Positions 57,947-64,000 of a stretch of DNA of 64,000 bases are shown in pieces. Numbering within the stretch: the stretch's first letter is position 1; each line of letters opens with the position of its first letter. Below the pieces are notes generated by a model that was not told the origin of the DNA, ran no database searches, and worked only from the letters and a program-made list of their open reading frames with translations. The translations under genes were made by a program, and so were the position numbers. Origin of the DNA: Promethearchaeota archaeon (GTDB lineage: Archaea; Asgardarchaeota; Lokiarchaeia; Sigyniarchaeales; SOKP01); assembly GCA_019057865.1 (NCBI GenBank), contig JAHLWP010000018.1, forward strand, positions 9,052 through 73,051, in the 5' to 3' direction.

Positions 57947-58523
57947 GAAAAATCTCTATCTCTTTGTTTTTTAGGTAATCATCAATCCATATTTCTATTA
58001 ATGTCTCATCATAATAATTTGAATCTATATAAAATTGATTTTTTCTTATCCCTATGATTCTAAAACCTAATTTTTTATAAAGATGTTTTGCTCTTTCATT
58101 ATTTGAGAAACAGCTTAAGATAATTTTTTCTTTATGATTTAAATGTTTAGATTCTTTTATTGCTATATCAATTAAATTTCTGCCGATACCTAAGTCGCGA
58201 TACTTTCTTTTAACTATAATACCTAATAAACCAACATGAGAAGCAGCATCCCATTCTGAGTTTGAAATCTCACAATGGCCAATAATATTATATGGAGGAT
58301 TATGTTCTGGGATTTCAGCAATAATACATATCTCATTTTCTTTTTTAATATTATGATACCAAGATTCTTTCTCTAATTGAGTTCTTACTGGATAAAAAAC
58401 AGGAATGTATATTCCTTCTTCTATGACTTCATTGAAATTGTTCCAAACGCCTTCTACATCAGATTTTTTTACATGTCTAAAGATAATTTTTTCTCTGTTT
58501 TTTAACTCTAAGACCTTTTTCAT
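57933..58523 (-). CDS. GNAT-family N-acetyltransferase
   Basis: YRDLGIGRNL, NERAKHLYKKLGF. Confidence 0.88.
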   Translation of the reverse strand: MKKVLELKNREKIIFRHVKKSDVEGVWNNFNEVIEEGIYIPVFYPVRTQLEKESWYHNIKKENEICIIAEIPEHNPPYNIIGHCEISNSEWDAASHVGLLGIIVKRKYRDLGIGRNLIDIAIKESKHLNHKEKIILSCFSNNERAKHLYKKLGFRIIGIRKNQFYIDSNYYDETLIEIWIDDYLKNKEIEIFLMDI

Positions 58524-58568
58524 TATTTAAATATAAATTTTTATAATTAAATTCCTTATGGTAATATT

Positions 58569-59027
58569 ATGGAAAAAGAAAATGATGAGCGAGTAAAAAA
58601 AGAGATCAAAGAAAAAGAAAAAACTAAAGCTTATATTGACAATATCGCTCAACATAAAAAGCAACCAATAGCAAAAGACTTAGTTAATTTGAAACATGTT
58701 GAGGTAAAGAAGCAAGAAGTTAGCCAAGAAACAATGGACCTTGCCCAAACTTTAAAAGAACAATACTTAGAACATGACCAGTTTGAAAGTCTTTCAAATG
58801 ATGAAATAACCATACTTGAATCTATTATGGATAAAAGATTATTCTTAACTCGCATTGCGATAATTGCAAATCAAAGTAGAATACCATTAGGGATAGAACC
58901 TTTTAAAAAAGCAGATTTAGAAAAATTTTTAGATCGTCTCATCTCTAAGGGATATATCAATGTAGAAAAAGTAGAGGATAAATTAGTCTATTATCTTACA
59001 GAAAGAGGTAAATATCGCGTTCAATAG
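58569..59027 (+). CDS. Hypothetical protein with C-terminal winged helix
   Basis: LDRLISKGYI...VYYLTERG wing motif. Confidence 0.6.
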   Translation: MEKENDERVKKEIKEKEKTKAYIDNIAQHKKQPIAKDLVNLKHVEVKKQEVSQETMDLAQTLKEQYLEHDQFESLSNDEITILESIMDKRLFLTRIAIIANQSRIPLGIEPFKKADLEKFLDRLISKGYINVEKVEDKLVYYLTERGKYRVQ

Positions 59028-59145
59028 ATCAAAAAGGATTAATTAATTCAATATTTTACAATCATGTTTATAACATATGACTAATTCTTAAATTAATAAT
59101 TTCTTTAAGTTTATTTATCAAAACTATTAAGATGGTTAAGAGAAG

Positions 59146-59679
59146 ATGCTTGAAGGTAAGAATGTGAATTTGAGGATTCGTGAGAAGGAGGACTTACCAC
59201 TGATTGCAGAATGGGTTAATAATCCTGAGTTCTGGGGTGAATTTTTTTCACCTCTACAGAGGTCCAGAACAAAGATGGAAAAGGCACAGGATAATAATCC
59301 TTTTGAATCAGAGATGTTTCTTATAGAGAAAAAAGATGGAAGCAAAATTGGTTTTACATTTCACTTTTGCATGCTGCATCCTATGGGTAAGTTATTGGAA
59401 ATGGGTTTTGCTTTAATTCCAAGTGAAAGGAGAAAAGGCTACTGCACTGAAGCTGCCAAGATTATGGTGGACTATTTGTTTCTTTCAAAAGAAATAGTCT
59501 GTATCCAAGCCCTTACTGATGTTGGGAATATAGCTTCTCAGAAGGTTTTAGAAAATGCCGGTTTTAAAAAGGAAGGAGTGATTCGTAAACGTTTTTTCAC
59601 AAGAGGAGAATGGAGAGATATCTGGTTTCATAGTATTCTCAGAGAAGAATGGAAAGAACCAAAAATTTTAAAAAATTAA
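59146..59679 (+). CDS. RimJ/RimL-type GNAT N-acetyltransferase
   Basis: RRKGYCTEA, NIASQKVLENAGFKKEG. Confidence 0.9.
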   Translation: MLEGKNVNLRIREKEDLPLIAEWVNNPEFWGEFFSPLQRSRTKMEKAQDNNPFESEMFLIEKKDGSKIGFTFHFCMLHPMGKLLEMGFALIPSERRKGYCTEAAKIMVDYLFLSKEIVCIQALTDVGNIASQKVLENAGFKKEGVIRKRFFTRGEWRDIWFHSILREEWKEPKILKN

Positions 59680-59700
59680 TTAATAGAAAATTATTATTTA

Positions 59701-60003
59701 TTAATCTTTTTTCAAAATCAATTTATTTATGGGTATATCTTGAAACTCTTTACTTGGATTCTCGCGCCTGATGGTTAATGGCAAGATACCTGCCTTTAGC
59801 TCTACTTGAGCAATTTTGATTGGATCTATCATGTTTTTAGGCTTTTCCACTAATATAGGCGCCCCATATGAGATTTGCAGACTTCTCGCCCCTACAATTC
59901 TAGCTTTCTCATATCTAGTTAAAAAAATTGGTCCTATCTTGATATACTTTCTGACTTCTTTATAAATTTTTCTTAATTCTCGAGATTCTAAGAAGCTAGA
60001 CAT
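59701..60003 (-). CDS. rpoK: DNA-directed RNA polymerase subunit K (Rpo6/RPB6)
   Basis: [29 protein letters not shown]. Confidence 0.95.
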   Translation of the reverse strand: MSSFLESRELRKIYKEVRKYIKIGPIFLTRYEKARIVGARSLQISYGAPILVEKPKNMIDPIKIAQVELKAGILPLTIRRENPSKEFQDIPINKLILKKD

Positions 60004-60122
60004 GGTTTAGCAAACCAAAAAAAAAAGTAATTAGATTTTCAAATGTATGATTTCATATAATCTTTTCGATTTTAAAAGTCATTAAAGTAAATGGGCAAGG
60101 AGATATAGCTTAACATAATTAA

Positions 60123-60224
60123 TGGGCCAAGGGAGAATCGAACTCCCGATCTCCCGCATGTGAGGCGGGTATCTTTGGCGCTATATAATTAGCAAATTAT
60201 CCTATACCACTAGATCATTGGCCC
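60123..60224 (-). tRNA. tRNA-Val(CAC) with a 30-nt intron (60174-60203) at non-canonical position 22/23
   Basis: Acceptor GGGCCAA/TTGGCCC, anticodon arm CCCGC-CTCACAT-GCGGG, T arm GGGAG-TTCGATT-CTCCC; removing the intron restores D arm ATCTAGTGGTATGAT (72 nt total). Confidence 0.9.
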
Positions 60225-60420
60225 GGTGTTGTATATATTTAGAAATAATGAGTAATATGAATTAAATTTTACTTAATGATATAATTGAAATCGACTTATT
60301 AATTTATTAGTAAATTAATTTAAGAATTTAAGAATTATTTAATGATCCAATAAAGTCTATCAGTTTAAATAATTTTTTTAAATTTTTCTATTATAAACCG
60401 AATTGGAATAAAATTCTCTG

Positions 60421-62811
60421 GTGATTTTAGTATCAGATAGTAAAGAATACATATCACATCCTTTAATAAAACAAAATCAAATTTTACGAAGGGATTACCA
60501 AGAAAACATCTTTATAAATTGCTTAAATCGTAATTGTTTAGTTGTTATTCCCACTGGGCTTGGTAAAACAATTATTGCGCTAATGCTTGCTGTGCAAAAA
60601 TTATCGGAAAATCCTAATTCAAAGGTGATTTTTTTAGCTCCTACAAAACCATTAGTGGAGCAACACTATAAATTATTTTTAGATCTGACTACTCTTCCTG
60701 AAGAATCACTAAAAACGCTTACTGGTACAACATCTCCAGAGAAAAGAAAGGATCTATGGCAGGATATACTGGTCGCTTTTATGACACCTCAAGTGCTTCA
60801 AAATGATTTAATTTCAAATTTGTATTCAATTACAGATGTGTCATTAATAATCTTTGATGAATGTCATAGAGCTGTAGGAGATTATGCTTATTGTTTTATA
60901 GCAAAGAAATATGTAAGTCTCACAAACAAATCTCAGATCTTAGGTCTTACAGCTAGTCCAGGCTCTACTCGAGAAAAAGTTATTGAGATTAAAGATAACC
61001 TTTTAATTGAACATATTGAAATTAGAACTGATAAGGATTTAGATGTAAAACCATATATCCATAAAGTAGATAATGAATGGATAAAAATTAAATTACCAGA
61101 TGAGTTTTTAGAGATAAAAAGGATACTAACAGAAAAATTAAAATCCAGTTATAAGTGGTTAAAGCAGAATGAATTAATAAATACTTATGATATAAATAAA
61201 ATCACTAGAAAAGATCTGCTCCAATTAAATAATAAGGTTAACCGAATGATATCCACTACTAGAGCAGATGTAGAAAAATTTATCTTATTTGACGCTAAAA
61301 AAATTCTTGCTAATGCGATTAGATTATCTCACATGACTGAATTAATTGGAACTCAAGGTATTAATGCATTACAAGAATACATAATGAAAAATGAAGATAA
61401 AATCCTCAAAAATGTAGCAAATAAATCTTTAAAAGAATTATTCCAAGATAAGGATATAAAGAGAGTAAAAAATCTGACTTTATCAATACTATCAAGGGGC
61501 ATTGTTCATCCAAAGCTAGAAAAGTTAAAGGAAATTTTACAAGATCAACTGATTGATAATAAAATTTCAAGAATTTTAGTTTTTTGTCACTTCCGAGATT
61601 CAGTTAATAATATCGTAAGATTTTTTGAAAATGATGAGTTAATAAAAGCTCATAAATTTGTAGGACAACAATCAAAAGGATCTGATAAAGGATTAACTCA
61701 GAAAGAACAGATAAAATTGCTTGAAGATTTCAAGGAAGGCATATATAATACTTTAATAGGAACCAGTGTTGCAGAGGAAGGACTAGATATAGCTGAATGC
61801 GATTTAGTTGTTTTTTACGACGTTGTTCCAAGTGCTATTCGCCATATTCAACGTAGGGGACGTACAGGAAGAAAAAAAGAGGGAAAGGTTTTTGTGTTAA
61901 TGGCAGAGGATACTAGGGATGAGGGTTATTATTGGGCAGAAAAAGTTAAAGAAAAAAATATGTTAGAGAGTTTAAAAAAACTAAAAAGCTCAGAAAAAGA
62001 CTATGAAAAAGGTAATGATAATTCAAGAGCCCAGCAATCCTTATTAAGTTATATTTATCAGAAAGAAAATCATATAAAAGAAGAAAAGAATTTAGAATCA
62101 AAAAATACAAAGAGAGTACAGGAAACTATAAATAAAGCTCGTTTGGATTCAATAGAAGAAAAAAATGATTTAATAATAATATGTGATAATCGTGAAACTG
62201 CATCTCCAGTTGTTCGAATACTATCTTTAATGGATATTGATATAAAATTACGACAACTAATAGTTGCTGATTATATAATTTCTAATCGTGTTGGGATTGA
62301 AAGAAAAAGTGCTCAAGATTTTATTGATTCATTAAAAGATGGAAGACTTTTTAATGAGCTATTCGAATTAAAAAAGAATTTTGAAATGCCCATATTAATT
62401 TTAGAAGGAGATCCATTTTTAGAATCCAACATAAATCAAAACGCTTTATATGGAGCAATAACTTCAATCATAGTGAATATAGGGATAATTGTTTATAGAA
62501 CAACCAATTCTGAAGAAACTGCTAATTTTTTGTATCAATTAGCTAAAAAAGAACAGTCAAAATTAGTAAGTTCAATTAAATTACGATTTGAAAAAAAACC
62601 AATTGAAACCTCTCGTTTATTAGAATATATAATCGCTGGATTACCCAGTGTAAATGCCTTAAGAGCAAAAAATTTATTAAAAGAATTAAAAACCTTACAA
62701 AATATCTTTTTGGCAGATATACCTGAATTAAATAAAATTGAGAATATTGGAAAAAAAATAGCGCAACAAATTTTTAAAATTAGCAGGTATAAGTACAAAA
62801 ATTATAATTAA
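60421..62811 (+). CDS. hef: Hef (FANCM/XPF-like) helicase-nuclease
   Basis: PTGLGKT, DECH, TASPG, EEGLDI, QRRGRTGR; ERCC4 motif ERK; HhH; PIP-like QQSLLSYI. Confidence 0.93.
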   Translation: MILVSDSKEYISHPLIKQNQILRRDYQENIFINCLNRNCLVVIPTGLGKTIIALMLAVQKLSENPNSKVIFLAPTKPLVEQHYKLFLDLTTLPEESLKTLTGTTSPEKRKDLWQDILVAFMTPQVLQNDLISNLYSITDVSLIIFDECHRAVGDYAYCFIAKKYVSLTNKSQILGLTASPGSTREKVIEIKDNLLIEHIEIRTDKDLDVKPYIHKVDNEWIKIKLPDEFLEIKRILTEKLKSSYKWLKQNELINTYDINKITRKDLLQLNNKVNRMISTTRADVEKFILFDAKKILANAIRLSHMTELIGTQGINALQEYIMKNEDKILKNVANKSLKELFQDKDIKRVKNLTLSILSRGIVHPKLEKLKEILQDQLIDNKISRILVFCHFRDSVNNIVRFFENDELIKAHKFVGQQSKGSDKGLTQKEQIKLLEDFKEGIYNTLIGTSVAEEGLDIAECDLVVFYDVVPSAIRHIQRRGRTGRKKEGKVFVLMAEDTRDEGYYWAEKVKEKNMLESLKKLKSSEKDYEKGNDNSRAQQSLLSYIYQKENHIKEEKNLESKNTKRVQETINKARLDSIEEKNDLIIICDNRETASPVVRILSLMDIDIKLRQLIVADYIISNRVGIERKSAQDFIDSLKDGRLFNELFELKKNFEMPILILEGDPFLESNINQNALYGAITSIIVNIGIIVYRTTNSEETANFLYQLAKKEQSKLVSSIKLRFEKKPIETSRLLEYIIAGLPSVNALRAKNLLKELKTLQNIFLADIPELNKIENIGKKIAQQIFKISRYKYKNYN

Positions 62812-62950
62812 TTTTGAGTTATAAAGATTAATTTAGGATATTAAAACTATAAAAAAGTTTTTTATTCTTTTCAATAATAATTAATAATGTTATTGAATTT
62901 AATTCAGTTGTATTATGTTTTTTAGAATGATTATTTGAGCGAGAAAAGAT

Positions 62951-63535
62951 ATGATAAAGTTTAAAGTTGTTGTTGCAGGGGCTAAAAATGTTGGAAAAAC
63001 AAGCTTGATTCGTAGATATGCGACAGGGAAATTTGATAAATCAACATTATCTACAATTGGTGTTGATTTTGAGACAAAAAAAGTGGTAGTTGATAATACA
63101 GAAATTTTGTTGAATATTTGGGATTTTGCAGGTGAAGAACGATTTCGGGTCTTATTTCCTTCTTATATATCTGGAGCTTCTGGAGCTTTGATGATATATG
63201 ATGTTACAAATGAGGATTCATTAAATGATCTTTTTGATTGGATAAATGTCATCTCATCTGTTCCAAATGCACCTAAAACAAAAATTTTGATTGAAGCAAA
63301 GATTGATTTAGAACGTAAGGTAAAAAGAGAGGAGGCATTGAAGGTGTTTGAAAAGTTTAAGTTTCAGGGGGATTTAATTAGTACTTCTTCTAAAACGGGA
63401 GATAATGTTGAAAAAGCTTTCGAAATGCTTGGAAGAGAAATAATAAAAAATTCTTTAAGAAAATGTACTAAATGTGGAGAATTGTATCCCTTAGAAATGA
63501 AGTTTTGTCAATATTGTGGAACTAAAACCACATAA
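62951..63535 (+). CDS. Rab/Ras-like small GTPase with C-terminal zinc ribbon
   Basis: GAKNVGKT, TIGVDF, WDFAGEERF, TSSKTG; tail CTKCG...FCQYCG. Confidence 0.92.
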   Translation: MIKFKVVVAGAKNVGKTSLIRRYATGKFDKSTLSTIGVDFETKKVVVDNTEILLNIWDFAGEERFRVLFPSYISGASGALMIYDVTNEDSLNDLFDWINVISSVPNAPKTKILIEAKIDLERKVKREEALKVFEKFKFQGDLISTSSKTGDNVEKAFEMLGREIIKNSLRKCTKCGELYPLEMKFCQYCGTKTT

Positions 63536-63605
63536 AGCTCTCACTCTTTATATTTGCTTGATTATTTTTATCTTTTTACAGAACAAAGAAGCATTAAATA
63601 TAATT

Positions 63606-63851
63606 TTAATTTCTTAAAAATGCTTTAATCTTAAAGAAACAATCTTTTATTGGAAATTCAAAGCTTCTTTTCTCATCATTCCACAAAACTCTCCAAATAA
63701 AGAAGAAAAGATCACATGGAAAATCATCTACTATTACTATAAAATGTTCAATCTATTGAATTCTATATTCATGAATATTTCCAGTTTTGAATCTAACGAT
63801 TCCTTCCTTGTTTGGGATTAAGTTTAATAATTTCGGCTTTTTAATTATTAT
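63606..63851 (-). pseudogene. Possible degraded small gene with internal TAG (63753-63755)
   Basis: Frame reads IIIKKPKLLNLIPNKEGIVRFKTGNIHEYRIQ*IEHFIVIVDDFPCDLFFFIWRVLW...LRN*; no family recognised. Confidence 0.3.
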
Positions 63852-64000
63852 CTCCTCTTTTCTTCAATTATATATTAGTTGAAATACATATATTTAAAGG
63901 AAAATTCAACTCACCCCTTATAAATAAAAAGTAACTAAACAGAGAAAATGTTTAGAAAAAGAGTTAAGATTCTTAGGTAAGAAAAATGGTTGAAGATTTT

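Overview
AT-rich archaeal chromosomal window, almost certainly an Asgard archaeon of the Lokiarchaeia. The evidence is a eukaryote-like actin ending IHRCF, two Rab/Ras-like small GTPases, Sds22-like LRR proteins, a PP1/PP2A-type phosphatase and multi-PAS histidine kinases, alongside archaeal core genes (Lsm, Rio2, aEF-1beta, Rpo6, Hef). The left part holds housekeeping, repair and signalling genes: an orphan adenine MTase, porBAD separated from porG by two kinases, mutS and mutL. The centre (27.4-52.8 kb) is a very large heterodisulfide-reductase region: hdrC-hdrB-hdrA/mvhD-flxDCBA-frhB-like, then a second hdrD/hdrA/mvhD operon. Together they encode 7 HdrA-family and 4 MvhD-family polypeptides, with visible mosaicism between paralogs. 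The most striking unannotated signal is at 53.3-54.1 kb. It carries two extra, synonymously diverged copies of the actin 3' end with 3'UTR/terminator, plus a diverged copy of the 3' end of the frhB-like gene from 13 kb upstream. These form a fossil frhB->/<-actin junction with cargo on both sides, suggesting an integrase-free DNA-capture hotspot anchored on conserved gene ends. Also notable are three genes that appear to start at ATA behind a strong AAGGTGA Shine-Dalgarno, a tRNA-Val(CAC) with a non-canonical D-arm intron, and a HEAT-LRR gene split by one in-frame TGA. All calls come from reading the sequence; no searches were run.
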